From contig JANJGN010000026.1 in assembly GCA_026770705.1 (NCBI GenBank), positions 35,712,001 through 35,776,000 on the forward strand: 64,000 nt of DNA, in the 5' to 3' direction. A program made the position numbers and the translations under genes. The notes below the pieces were generated by a model, which had not been told where the DNA came from, made no database searches, and saw only the letters and a list, made by a program, of their open reading frames with translations. This DNA is from Isurus oxyrinchus. Lineage: Eukaryota. The stretch's first letter is position 1, and each line of letters begins with the position of its first letter. Shown piece after piece: positions 34,185 through 47,490 of the stretch.

Positions 34185-36072
34185 AGCTCAGAAGACTGGA
34201 CAGAATTTAAAAAAGAGATCAATAACTGAAAGATTAACAAAGAAGGAAAAGGTCGAGAATGAGAGAAAGTTAGTTAGAAATGTAAAGACAGATAGTAAGA
34301 GTAAATATTGATATTTTAAAATGAAAAGAGTTAACAAAGTGAGGGTTGCTCCTATAGAAAGTGAGTCTGGGGAGTTAATAATGGCAGATGAATTGTAGAG
34401 GTATTTTACATTGTCTTCACTATAGAGGATACAAGTAATATGCCAAGAATGGCTGTAAATCAAGATTTGGAAGTGGGAAGGAGCTCAAGAAAATTACAAT
34501 CACTATGGAAGTGGTACTGAGCAAATTGTTGGACCTGCGGGCTGATAAGTCCCCCTGTCCTGATGGATTTCATCCTCTGGTCTTAAAAGAAGTGGCTAGT
34601 GAGATAGTTGATGCATTGGTTTTACTTTTCCAAAATTTTCTAGATTCGGGGAAGGTCTCATCAGATAGAAAAATAGAAAAGGGCGGGAGACAGAGAGCAG
34701 GAAAGTATGGGCCAGTTAGCTTAATATCTATCATAGGAAAAATGTTACAAGTGTTATAACAGGGCACTTAGATAAATTCAAGGTAATCAGGAAGAGTCAA
34801 CAAGGTTTTGTGAGAGGGAAATCATGCTTAACCAATTTATTGGGGTTATTTGAAGGAGTAATAGGTGCAGTGGATCAAGGGGAACTGGTGGATGTACTGT
34901 ACCTATATTTCCAGAGGGCTTTTGACAAGATGTCACATTAAAGGTTGTTGTGGAAAATAAAATCTCATGGTTTAGGGGGTAACATATTGACATGATTCGA
35001 AGATTAGCTAGCTAACAGGAAACAGAGAGTGGGCATAAATGAGTATTTTTCTGATTGGCAGAATGTGATGATTAGTGTGCCACAAGGATCAGTGCTGGGA
35101 TCTCAACTCTTTATAGTTCATATAAATGACTTGGATGAAGGAACCAATGGTATGGTTGCTAAATTTGCTTATGACACACAGGTAGGAAAATGAATTGTGA
35201 AGAGGACACAAGGAGGCTACAAAAGGATACAAATAGGTTAGGTGAGTGGGCAAAGATCTGTCAAATGGAGTATAATGTGGGAAAATGTGACGTTGTCCAT
35301 GTTGGCAGGACGAATAAAAAAGCATATTTGAATGAGATTGCAGAGCTCTGGGATTCAGAGGGATCTGGGTGTCCTAGTGCATGAATCACAAAAGGTTAGT
35401 GTGTGGGTACCACAAGTAATTAGCAAAGCTGAAAGAATATTATCGTTCATTGCAAGGGAAATTGAATATAAAAGTAGGGAGGTTATGCTTCAGTTATGCA
35501 GGGCACTTGGTGAGCCCACATCTGGAGTACTATGTGTAACATTGGTCTCATTATTTAAGGAAATATGTAAATGTATTGGAAGCAATTCAGCGAAGGTTGA
35601 GTTGATCATTACCAGGAATGGGCGGGTTGTCTTATGAGGAACGGTTGGACAGACTAGGCTTGTATCTGCTGGAGTTTAGAAGGGTAAGAGGCAACTTGAT
35701 TGATACACATAAAATAATGAGGGGTCTTGTCAAGGTGGATGTGGAAAGGATGTTTTCTTTCTGAGAGAATCTTTAACTAGGGACCACTCTTTAAGGGGTC
35801 GCCCATTTAAGTTAGAGATGAGAAATTATTTTTCTCTCGTAGGGTTGTGAGACTTTGGAATTCTTTTCCTCAAAAGGCAGTTGAGACAGAATCGTTGAAT
35901 ATATTTAAGGCAGAGGTAGATAGATTCTTGATAAGCAAGGGGTGAAAGGTTATCGGGGTCGGCAGGAATGTGTAGTTGAGATTACAATCAGATCAGCCGT
36001 GATCTTATTGAATGGTGGAACAAACCCAAGGGGCCGAGTGGCCTACTCCTGCTCCTAATTCGTATGTTCATA
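34185..36072 (+). mobile_element. CR1-clade LINE, decayed, inserted in ZNF 3' region
   Basis: ADKSPCPDGFHPLVLKE, YGPVSLISIIGKML, LQKDTNRLGEWA; 3' tail cctactcctgctcctaattcgtatgttc. Confidence 0.88.
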
Positions 36073-38969
36073 TATAAGTTGATAAACCATATCAATGGGC
36101 TTCTGTTTAATATTCTGGATACATGTCACATAGCATGTCAAACTTTGCTTTTCAAACATTGTTGTATAATTTTGTCTTTCGTACCTGAGTGTTTAACATC
36201 AGCTGACTGGAGCTCAGAAAGGACAATCTGGGGGAGGATCATACGGCAGGAACAGAACTTCAGCCTGGATGCAATCCTTTAAGGTCATACTGAAAGCGAC
36301 AAATGACACTTTGGTCTTTCTTATATCTCTTCACTGACAGCAAAACCCACATGTGGATTAATCCTGAGGTGTGTGAAAAATGTGTCACAACCACTTCTGT
36401 GCAATACATACAGCCTAAAGATGACCAAGGTCAGGCTGTGGAGTCCAAGGCCACATAGAAGAATGGATGGAGAAATACAAACTCCCTGTAAATCTAACAC
36501 TCTGATTTCTGTTTGGAATCATTGGGTTTCAAAGCTCCCAGGCACCGAGTAGAAGGCTCCTTTGCAACTGTGGTTGTACAACATGGGTCAGGCAGTCTGG
36601 AAACGTGCTGTTAAATCAGAGATTGATGTAAAAACTGTGCTCTGTTTCTGACTGAAACTGAAATGCAGGAATAAGTCTCCAGTTTAAAAATGACTGTGGT
36701 GATTATTCTGTGAAGTTTTTAAGGTTTATTGGTGACAGTCCTGAGTCCACTACTTTTAGCCAATATCAACAACAACTTGTATTGAAATAGCACCTTTAAC
36801 ATAGTAAAACGTAGCTAAAAGTAAATAGTGTAAAGTCTGTATTAAAATAACACAAGGAGGAATTCACAGGATCCTTTAAACTCCTGGGACAATTATACAA
36901 CAGACATTTGATCTCCAGATAAAGAAGGACCTACACCATGTTTCCAAGAATTCCCTGCTATATTGATGTATGTGTGTTAGATCCCAGGATTTTGTTGCCG
37001 TCTTCCTCCGCTTTGCTTCCTCAACTGTGCTTCCCAATTTGATAAACAATTAATTCATAAATAAATCAGTTCATCACTTCCTCGTGTCATTGTACACTCT
37101 GAATTAAAGTTTTAATGAACTGTACAGCAAAGTTTAATTAACTGGGAATTCTTATCAGTGATTTACTGTAATCCTGCTCCCAAATTTTAATATTGGATTT
37201 CTGATTTCTGAGTCCAAATCGTTTATAAAAAAATGAATAACAGTGGTTCAAGCATTGCTTCCTGTGGAACATCAATTCCCACCTTTTACCAGTCTGAGTC
37301 GCTACTCTTAACCTCTTCCCTCTGTTTTCTGTTTTGTAACCCGCTTGTTATCCATAACAGTGTGCACAAGGTGACCAAGATCATGCTGTGTGGAGTGAAG
37401 GGCCAGGCAGCAGATGGATGGAAAGATGGCTACAAAACCGAAATCAGAGGGTTAGATTTAGAGGGAGTTTGGAGCCATCTTTTCATCCATTCTGCTCTGT
37501 GGCCTGACCTTCACTGAGACCATCAATATAAGGGGAATTATCCAGAATACCAATAGGAAAGTTGAGGCTGCAATTATGCAAAGATGTTCTGTATTGTTTA
37601 AAATCTCCCACCAGGGCTGATCACCAGAGTGGCCATAGACCACCTAATATCGGTGGCTTAGCTTTTTGTCATTATGTCTGTTCAAGATGTTGTCCAGTAT
37701 AGATTAATGTTCAGAGAAAGTGCTGGAATTAAATAGTCAAAACTGCTTTGAGTCCCTGGAGGGTGATGTTTACTTGAATTTCTATAAACTTTTGGTCCTT
37801 AGAGACACTGATACTTTATCGCCAGTCTTAGTCAGTAGTTGGGTTGGTGATGTGAGGCATAACCTGGTTCACCTGATCAATAGGAAGTGAATCCATGTGG
37901 GTTTGTGTATGTGTTGTGTCAAACCAAGTGCAAGGTCCCATGTCCTTTGTAACAACATGAAGAGTCTGTTTTTTTTTCAAGATCCCTTCCTTTCCCCTCA
38001 CTATTATCCTCAGTTCAGAAAACATTTGTGTACATCATCCTCCAGCATGCTACCGTCTCCACTAAATACTTCCATCAGTCTTACTAACAGATAGGACTGG
38101 GATCACTAATATCACAGGAATAATTTCTGAAATGCTGTCATTCTGATTTTAAGTCTTCCTGGAGTAAGGCATTGATCCAGACCTTCCCACCTAACACCAA
38201 TGCTTATCCCCATCCGAGTTTCAGATTTTAATGTGATTGTCAGATATGTTTAGCATCTGTCCATCTGTGAGAGATGATGGTAATGCAACCTCAGAACTTT
38301 GGTGAGATCAGATGAGATGATCTGCTGCACTTCATATGATGGCTGAACAAGCCGATTCTGTAAAGGCGAAAGTGCCTCGGATGAAAGTTTTCCTTACTCG
38401 TGTTGCGAGACCATCTCTGCTGACACCTTGTTTGTCTGTGTTGGAGTTTCTGAAATAACATGTTGCTGTGGTGGTGAACTCCTGCCCACAGCTGGTGTTT
38501 CCAAATGCATCAATCATCAATTAGCTTCCCACTTGTCATGATTAATGTTGAGGGCTTTCATGTCTCATCTTTGAAGGTTTGTGATTGTGCAATATGGAAA
38601 ACATGTTTAACCTCTTTAAACCAGGTTCAGCACATCCCCTCCACACACATTACAACAAATTGTCTTTGAGATCAGTTTTTGTTTACATTCTGTGTTGTTC
38701 TGAATATTAAACTTATCCCTGACCTGTCCTAACCCTCATGCCGGTTCATTTATTGAAACCAAGGACTCCCCTTGTTCTAATAGTGAATTCCCTGTCTGCG
38801 CAGTTATTCCTTTAATTTTGTGCCTTGTTTCACCATGTTTCCACATTTCAGTAACAAATGTTGAAATATTTGCTCCACACCCACAGGGTTTCATCTGTTT
38901 AAAGCCACAAACAGAAAGGTCCAGTTTTCTCCTTGCGTTTGAGGCAAATCATCTTCCAAAATGATGCAG

Positions 38970-39460
38970 AGTTTCAGCCAATGAGGGAGACCCTGGTTCA
39001 GCCCCGCCCCTCCTTCACTCCAATTGGCTGGAGGGCCAGCCGCTCCCCCTTTGGTCCTGCAGAACTGTTACCTCTTCCTATTGGTTCAGACCTACCGTCA
39101 ATCACCCAGGCATTGTGATAGGAGCATGCGCATTGTGGCTGCTGGAGCTGGACATCAGTGTGCAGGTGCAATTCCGCCTCGATTTTGGAACATGCGCAGT
39201 GTGAGTGAGGGCGAAGGAAAGCTGCTGGTTTGTCCGGTCCGCAGCCGGTAAGATAAAGGGCGGAATTGAGGGAGAAATGCAGCCGGCGGGTGGACATGCA
39301 GGCTTCGGAAACACCTTGAGCAGTTGTGAAGCCAGAATAACAAGCTACCGGTTCCTCGCTGGTGTCTGTGGGCGGCAGTTGCACCGATCCGCGTTCCTCG
39401 GTGAGAGGCCCGGATTAACGACTGCCATCTTGTGCAGCGGGGCGCATGCGCGGTCATCCC
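38970..39460 (+). promoter_or_regulatory. CpG-rich ZNF promoter / first exon region
   Basis: CCAAT 38978, GC box 39001-39010, further CCAAT/ATTGG boxes, YY1-like GCCATCTTG 39424, NRF1 GCGCATGCGC 39442-39451. Confidence 0.7.
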
Positions 39461-40166
39461 TGCCTTGTCAGCAGGAGGAGAGAATATTGTGCATTTCTAT
39501 CCTGGACTGACAGGGCTGGGTTTTGGAAAATGATGAATTCATTGATTTTATTGTCAGTCTGCAGACAGGAGCAGGAGAATTGAACCCAGGCAGAGGAGAC
39601 GGAGGGAGAAAATTGTGAGTGGAGGAAAGAAATGGAGGAGATGGGTTTGGATTTCAGCCCAGGGAGGAGGGAGAGTGTGTTGTACGTGAATTTACAGCTT
39701 TGGGGGAACAAGAGAAAAAACAATATTCCGCTAAAACTAGAATTGTTCGTTCTGACTTTCCATCCCGGACTGACAGTGATGACTTTTATAAACTCGTTTT
39801 CCAGGGTATTAGAAGGGAAGGATTTGCAGATGTGAAACTCAAACCGAACATCTTCTGACAGAGTCACCCGGTTCACCAGAACTTGAATATCCTCGGATTT
39901 TGAATGTGGAAGGAGAAATGTTTGTCTGTTCTGTTCGTGGGGAAAGATACTTAACTTCAGTGTCACTGGAAAAACACCGAGACACACACACACACACCCG
40001 AGTGAGAGTGTTTCAGTGAACTGACTGTGGAAAGAGCTTTAACCAGCTGAACAGCCTGAAAAAGCATCACATCGGTCACAGTGAGGAGAAACCATACACA
40101 TGTTCTGTGTCTGGACAAGGTTTCAACTGATCATTCAACCTGGAGAGACACAAAGACACCCGCACT

Positions 40167-41066
40167 ATGGAGAAACCATGGAAATGTGAGGACTCTGGGA
40201 AAGGATTCAGTTACTCATATCTGCTGGAAAACAATAAACGCAGTTACACAGGGGAGAGGCCATTCACCTGTTCTATGTGCGGGGAGGGATTTACTCAGTC
40301 ATCTGGCCTTTGGTCACACCAGCGCATTCACACTGAGGAGAAGCTATTCAACTGCACTTCCTGTGGAAAGAGGTTCAGGCATTCTTCTGCACTCACTGTA
40401 CACCAATGCACTCACACTGGGGAGAGGCCATTCACCTGCTCCGAGTGTGGGAAGGGATTTACTCAGTCATTCCACCTGACACAGCAGCGAGTTCACACTG
40501 GAGAGAGGCTGTTCACTTGCTCTGTGTGTGGGAAAGGATTCACTGGGTTATCCCACCTGCTGTCACACCAGCGAATTCACATTGAAGAGAAGCCATTCAG
40601 TTGCACTTCCTGTGGAAAGAGTTTCCGGCAGGCATCCTCCCTCATTTTACACCAGCAAGTTCACACTGGGGAGAGACAATTTGCCTGCTCCATGTGTGGG
40701 AAGGGATTCACAGTTTTACCCAACCTGCTGAGACACCAGCGAATTCACACTGGGGAGAAGCCATTTAGCTGCACTTCCTGTGGGAAGAGTCTCAGGCAGT
40801 CATCCAACCTCACTGCTCACCAATGCACTCACACTGCGGTGAGACCATTCACATGCTCCGTATGTGGGAAAGGATTCAGTCGGTCATCCAACCTCACCGC
40901 ACACCAGCGAGTTCACACTGGGGAGAGGCCGTTCACTTGCTCGCTGTGTGGGAAGGGATTTGCAAAATCTTTCAACCTGCTGACCCACCAACGCACTCAC
41001 ATTGAGAAGAGGTTATTCAACTCTCAGTGTGTGGGAAGGGATTCACTCAGTCACGATGCCTCCTGA
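40167..41066 (+). CDS. C2H2 zinc-finger gene 2 (~8 intact fingers; decayed fingers upstream, last finger frameshifted; may be pseudogene)
   Basis: 299-aa ORF of tandem TGERPF-linked fingers; native terminus HQQVHK* out of frame at 41087-41089. Confidence 0.75.
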   Translation: MEKPWKCEDSGKGFSYSYLLENNKRSYTGERPFTCSMCGEGFTQSSGLWSHQRIHTEEKLFNCTSCGKRFRHSSALTVHQCTHTGERPFTCSECGKGFTQSFHLTQQRVHTGERLFTCSVCGKGFTGLSHLLSHQRIHIEEKPFSCTSCGKSFRQASSLILHQQVHTGERQFACSMCGKGFTVLPNLLRHQRIHTGEKPFSCTSCGKSLRQSSNLTAHQCTHTAVRPFTCSVCGKGFSRSSNLTAHQRVHTGERPFTCSLCGKGFAKSFNLLTHQRTHIEKRLFNSQCVGRDSLSHDAS

Positions 41067-41639
41067 GACATCAGCAAGTTCATAAGTGACTGCAGGGTTT
41101 GGATCCTGCTGTTCTTGCTGCTTGTAAGCTTGTTTAGTATTGATAGTCTGGCAATATTTTGTTTCTGCTGATGTTCACAACCGTATAACTGGCTCGAGTT
41201 TAATATTCTGGAGATATCACTGATTTTCAGGGCTGCAGTGTCCCTTTTTAAAAGCACCATCTGTGATCCTTCCCCTTAATTTCAAAAACTTTCAGCGGGA
41301 ACCCCTTGACAATAAAATTATGAACTTTTACTACAATCGTAAATTGATATTTGGTGAAAAATCTACAGTTCAGTGTCTGAAAGATTTAACGGCAGGGATC
41401 TAAATTTTTTTTCAATGCCAATGGGAAGAGGATAACCAGGGAAAGAGTAGGGCTCATTAGGGACCAGTGGGCCTTGACATCTTGACCAACATTCAAGGCT
41501 ATGGGCCAAATGCTGGTAAATGGGATTAGGTAGGTAGGTCAGGTGTTTCTCACGTGTTGGTGCAGAATCGATGGGCTGAAGGGCCTCTTCTGCACTGTGT
41601 GATTCTGAGACGATTTCAGGTGTGACTGGAAAAATGCCG

Positions 41640-42830
41640 AGAATCACAAACCCTGGTTAGAGCACACCTGAAGAACTGTGTTCAGTTCTGGGCAACAAAC
41701 ATCAGGAAGGATAGAAAGGCCTAGGAGGGAGTGTAGCACATATTTACCTGAGTGATCTGAGCTCCAAGGGTTAAGTTACAGAATGAGATTACAGAAAAGA
41801 GTCACGGAGTTATTGTGGCGCAGAGGAGGCCATTAGGCCCATTGAGTCCATGCCAGCTTTGTAGAGCAATCCAATCAGTCCTCTTCCCCTGCTCTATCCC
41901 CGTATCCTTGCAAGTTTATTTCCCTCATGCTTCTGTCCAATTTCCTTTTGAAATCGCTCACCATGTCCATTTCCACCCACCTCATAGGCAGTAGCCTCCA
42001 GGTCATTACCACTCACTGTGTAAAAATATTCTTCCTCACATCTCCCACACCTTTTTACCCAAAATCTTAAACCTCTGTCCTTGTGTCCTTGTCTGATCAG
42101 CTGATGGGAATAGCTTTTCTTTGTCCCCATATCTAAACCAGTCATAATCTTGTACACCTCTACCAATCTCCCCTCAACCTCCTTTGCAGGAGCCATTCTG
42201 GTAAATCTCCTCTGCACCTTCTCAACGACCTTCACATCCTCCCTAAAGTGAGGTGACCAGAACTGGATGCAATTCTCGAACTGTGGCCTAACCAGAGCTT
42301 TATAAAGAAGTCAGCATAACTTCCCTGTTTTTGTTCTCAATATCACTAGTTATGAAGCTCAAGATCCAATCGGCTTTGCTAACCACTCTCTTAATACATT
42401 CTGTCACCTTCAGAGATCAAAGCACATGAAGCCCCAGGTCCCTCTGTCCCTGCACGCTCTTTAGAGCTGTGCCATGAATAATATTTTCCCTCTCCCTATT
42501 CCTCCTGATAAAAGTCTTCACCTCACTGTGAGGGTTGTAATCCCTGGAATTTATAAGAATAAGAGCTGATTTGATCAAAGTTTTTGGGATATTAATTGGA
42601 ACTGACAGGATGGATAGAGTGGAACTATTTCCACTGATTGGGGAATCTAGGACAAGTGGGCGGAGGCTAGATATAGAATCAGGTTCCAACATCTTTTCAA
42701 AGAGAGAGTTCCAGATCCTGACAACTCTCTGTTGGTGCACTTCCCTGTTTTTGTACTCAGTACCTCTATTTATGAAGGCCAAGACCCCATATGCTTCACT
42801 GACTACCCCTCAATCTGCCCTCCATAAGAA
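41640..42830. mobile_element. Nested CR1 3' fragments in both orientations
   Basis: VQRRFTRM, LVEVYKIM, FINRGTEYKNRE, IKVFGIL..DRMDRVELFPL. Confidence 0.7.
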
Positions 42831-44716
42831 ATCGGTCCCACAAATGGTTTAATTATCACTTGTACTCACAAAGCTGATGTAGTGATACAAGATTTAAAAT
42901 AGTTCCTGTAATATGTGCCCTGAACACCACACACCCATCCCCAAGGCTATGTCATCCCATCTACAAGAACCGCGATCTTCAGATGATAAGGGAATTATCC
43001 AGGAATCTTATTAGTCTGAATGCAGGGAGAGAGAAGGGTGGTCTGTGACCACCCAGTAGCCAAGACCCCGATGTTAATGCAGTTTTCGGAAAACACTGTG
43101 ATTGTCCCTGTGATAGTGACACCAGTAAAAAGGGTGGAGGGAAGAGAGAGATCGGTGACTGGGCTGGAATAGAGGCCACGGCTGGCACAGCAGCTGAGAA
43201 GCACTTAGACATGGACAATATGTGGGAACAGGACGAGGCTGCGAGGCAGCAATGGACAGGAATCTTCAGTAAAAGAAATAAAAGGCAGAGAGATGAAATC
43301 CTGGAACAAGAAGGAGTGAAATCCAGAAAAGAGATGGTGGATGCACTGATCGAGAGAAAGGGAATGGTCAATGAGATCATTCAGCAGAATAAAATTGAGG
43401 TGAAAAGTCAGAACATGTCTAAAGCTGTTCCCTGTGTGATGTAAGGAAGGTTTTTTATTGGATCAGATACAACAAGGCCAGGAGGACATTGAAAAGCAAT
43501 AGAGAGCCCAAAGGCTCTGGAGGGGGAGGGTTAATAATCCCAGGGAGTCACAGGCTGCACAAACTTCAAATATGAGCCCAGACCCATGGTAAAGCAGTGA
43601 ACAAATAAATCCCTGAATTTACTGAGACTCTTTTCTGTGTCCCAGCTCCTAGAAATACTGACTGGAAAGGGCCCGGAATCTCAGGAGGCTGCACACCGCT
43701 GGCTGCTCATGAGGAAGTGATCTCCGATCAGATTAATGTGCTTCTGCTGTGAGTATTTAATAAAGTGTCTGAACCCCTCATTGTGCTTCCTGTCCAATAT
43801 CCGCCCCCATGCATGGACCTTCTGTTTTACCAACTGGGGGAAAAAAATGCCCGTTCACTGATTGGTATCATTGACAGCTGGTTTATCCAGAATGCCCTGT
43901 GGGTCAGAAAGTCCCCTATCAATGAGAACAGGAACCCAGAGCGCCAGCATGGGAACCGGGCTGTGCTCTGAGGCAGGGGCACAGCTGGGCAATGTTACTG
44001 AGGTGGAAATGGATGGTTTTAGTGATTTGTAGTCACAAGCTCAGCTTGGGCTGAAATATGACAACAAGGTTGTGAACAGTCTGGTTCAGCCTCAGAGAGC
44101 TGCAAGAGGGATGGAGTCGGTGGTTAGGGAGTGGAGACAATGGCTTTCATCTTCCCAACATTTAAATGGAGGAAATTTCTGCTCATCCAGTACTGGATGT
44201 CAGACAAGTTAGGACAGTGTGTGAGTTGGAGGTGATGATGTTCACTGACATCTGTTACCTTCGTCCTTCTAGGTAGTGGATGTTGAGGGTTTGGGATATT
44301 CTGCCAAAGTTCTGGTTGAGCTGAAGATGTATTAAACACATCTTCACCCCCTGCACCTCCCACCTCTCTCTTTCCTCCCATGGAGGCCAGAGTCCTGTGT
44401 AACCCAGACCAGGTGGCAGGTTCCATTCCCTGAAGGGCATTAGTGAACCAGTTGGGTTTTTATGACAATCCGGCAGTTTTCATGGTCACTTTATCCTGGT
44501 GCCAGCCCCACACATTACCAGATTCATTCAGCTCGATTTCACAACCTGCCTTTGTGTTTTTGTGGATTCTCTCTCACTCCCTTTTTTCTGTTTTAAATCA
44601 GTTTCACAGGGGATTACAAGGGGAGGATTTGCAGTCGGGAAACAGAAACAAAACATCACAGCAGAATCTGACATTCGCCCGATTTATCATAACCTGAATA
44701 TCATTTGATTTTGAAC

Positions 44717-45669
44717 ATGGAAGGAAAAAGTACCGTTCACAGTGGAGAGAAATTGTACACATGTCCTGTGTGTGGACAAGGCTTCAACCAATCATCTGAC
44801 CTGTCAAGACACAAGTGCAGCCACATCGGGGAGAAACCATGGAAATGTGGGGACTGTGGGAAGGGATTCAGATTCCCGTCAGAGCTGGAAGAGCATCGGC
44901 GCAGTCACACTGGGGAGAGGCCGTTCACCTGCTCCACGTGTGGGAAGGGATTTACCCTCTCATGCAACTTGCTGAGACACCAGCAAGTTCACAGTGACAT
45001 GAGACCTTTTAAATGCCCAGACTGTGGGAAGTGCTTTAAAAGTTCCTGGGAGCTGATGTACTATCAGTGTGTTCACACTGACAAGAGACCATTTAAATGC
45101 TCTCAATGCGGGAATGGGTTCAGGCGATCATCTCAACTCATTGTACACCAGCGAATTCACTCTGGGGAGAGGCCGTTCACCTGCTCCACTTGTGGGAAGG
45201 GATTCATTTATTCACCCCGCCTGCTGAGACATCTGTGAGTTCACATGGAGGAGAGACCGTTTATCTGCTCTGAGTGTGGGAAGGGATTCACTTGGTCATC
45301 CCACCTGCTGACACACCAGCAAGTTCACACTGGGGAGAGGCCATTTAGCTGCCCCAGTGTGGGAAGGGATTCACTCAGTTATCTAGCCTGCTGAGACACC
45401 AGCAAATTCACAGTGGGAAGAGGCCGTTTTCCTGCCCTCAGTGTGGGAAGAGATTCATTACCTCATCCAACCTGCTGACACACCAACGAATTCACACAGG
45501 AGAGAGGCCATTCACCTGCCCTCAGTTTGGGAAGAGATTCACTACCTCAAACAACCTACTGATACACCAGCGAGTTCACACTGAGGAGAGACCATTCACT
45601 TGCGCCCAGTGTGGGAAGAGATTCACTCATTCACCCCACCTGCTGAGACACCAGCGAATTCACAAGTAA
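44717..45669 (+). pseudogene. C2H2 zinc-finger gene 3; premature TGA 45236-45238 and later frameshift (originally ~11 fingers)
   Basis: [16 protein letters not shown]..; finger repeats continue past the stop to HK* TAA 45667-45669. Confidence 0.85.
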
Positions 45670-45889
45670 CGACAGTGATGGGATTTTGCTGTTCATCACA
45701 TCTAGGACTGAATCATGTTCATTGGGGCCTGTTTCCGCTGATGTTAATAAACTACAGCCCACTTACAGGGTCTAATCTGGCAAAAAGTCAAATAAATTAG
45801 TTTTGTGTTAAAGACACACCGTGTTGAATCTTTTTAATATCACTAACACAAGTTAGTTCCTTTTGAAGTGCTCTCCCTCTCCCCGTCTC

Positions 45890-46890
45890 CTCCATCCTCA
45901 CCTCCAATAACAAGTGTGAGGAGCTCCTGGAGCTTCTTTGTCACTAAGATTGAGACAATCTGATCAGCTGCCTTTGCTGCTTCCCTCCCTTCCACTTGCC
46001 CTCCCTGAAGTTCCCTGTTACCTGAGCCCTAAACTCTCATCTTTCTGTAGTTTCCCTCCCATCTCCCCTCATGCCCTCTCAGAGCTCATCTTATCCATGA
46101 AACCCACCTCCTTCTCCATCGACCTTTCTCCCACTAAACTGCTGATCACTCAACTTCCCAATGTCCACTGACTATGTCAATAGTTTTCTCTCTCAGGTAC
46201 TATCCCTCTCTCTTTCAGATCATTATACCCTTCTCAAAAAACAAATGCTTGACCCCAGTTTCTTTCCAAACTATTGCCCCATCTCCATCCTCCCTTTCCT
46301 CTCCAAAGTCCTTGTTGTCACCTCTCAAATCTGTGCCCATTTTTCCCAGAACTCCATGTTTGAATCCCTCCAATCAGGTTTCCGCCCCTGTCACAGTACT
46401 GAAACAGCTCTTATCAAAGTCACAAATGACATCCTATGTGACTGTGACAAAGATAAACTCTCCCTTCTCATCCTCGACCTGTCTGCAGCCTTTGGCAATG
46501 TTGACCACATCATTCTGCACCTTCGCCTCTCCCCTGTCGTCCAGCTAGATGGGGCTGTTCTATCCTGGTTCTATTCTTCTCTGTCTAATCATAGCCAGAG
46601 ACTCACTTGCAATATCTTCCCTTTCCAATCCCAGAGTTACCTCTGGTGTCCCCAAAGGATCCAGCCTTGGTCTCCACTTATTTCTCATTAACCTGCTCTA
46701 CACAATGATAATCTGAAAACACTGTCAGTTATCACATTTACACTGACAGCTCCTAGCTCTGCCTCACCAACACCTCTCTCGACTTCTCCACTCTTGGTAA
46801 ATTATCAGACTGTTTGTCTGATATCTGGTGGTGGATGTGCAGAAATTTCTTCAAATTAAACCTTGGGAAGACTGAAGTCATTGTCTGAAT
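45890..46890 (+). mobile_element. L2-clade LINE RT fragment, part of the duplicated ZNF unit
   Basis: NYCPISILPFLSKVL..QSGFRPCHSTETALIKVTNDIL..LDLSAAF; same junction at ~63250 (+) and ~51030 (-). Confidence 0.8.
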
Positions 46891-47349
46891 GACTGGTAGA
46901 AGCAGATTCAGTAGTAACTTTCAAAAGTGAATTGAATTTCAACTTCATAAGTAAAGATTTGGAGGGCGATCGGAAAAGGGCAGGCAAGTGCAACAGATTG
47001 GTAACATTTTCAGAGACAGGACAGGCACAGTGGGCTGAATGGCCACCATCCGTGCTCTATGAGATACTATTGTATGTTTATTATGAATCGTTCCATTATT
47101 ATAAATGACAGATTGTCATCAAACCACAGCAGAGAAGGAGGTCATTTGGCCTATTGAATCTGTGCTGACAAATTCAGCAAGCTATCCAGTTAGTCCCACT
47201 CCCCCATTCTTTACCCCATCCCAGCATCATTTCTCCTTCAAGAATTTATCCGATTCCCTTTTGAAGGTCACTTTTGAATCTGTATCCATCCAATAGTGAA
47301 TTCCAAATTCTTACCACTTGTTACTGAAAAGATTTCCTTATGATGCTAG

Positions 47350-47490
47350 CACAAAACTAAAATACTGCAGATGCTGGGTGTCTGAAATAAAAACAGGAAA
47401 TGCTGGAAACACTCAGCAGGTCTGACAGCGCCTGTGGAGAGAGAAACAGAGTTAACATTTTGAGTGCGTGTATGACTCTCCTTCGTTGCA
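47350..47490. mobile_element. Penelope-like terminal fragment
   Basis: aaaatactgcagatgctgg..aaacactcagcaggtctgacagc..gttaac motif shared with other copies. Confidence 0.6.

Noticed and set aside
42979-43971. ORFs 42979-43380(-), 43211-43444(+) and neighbours as a gene or LTR-element relic
   Set aside because: No motif I can recognise, no splice structure or LTR pair; needs a database search.
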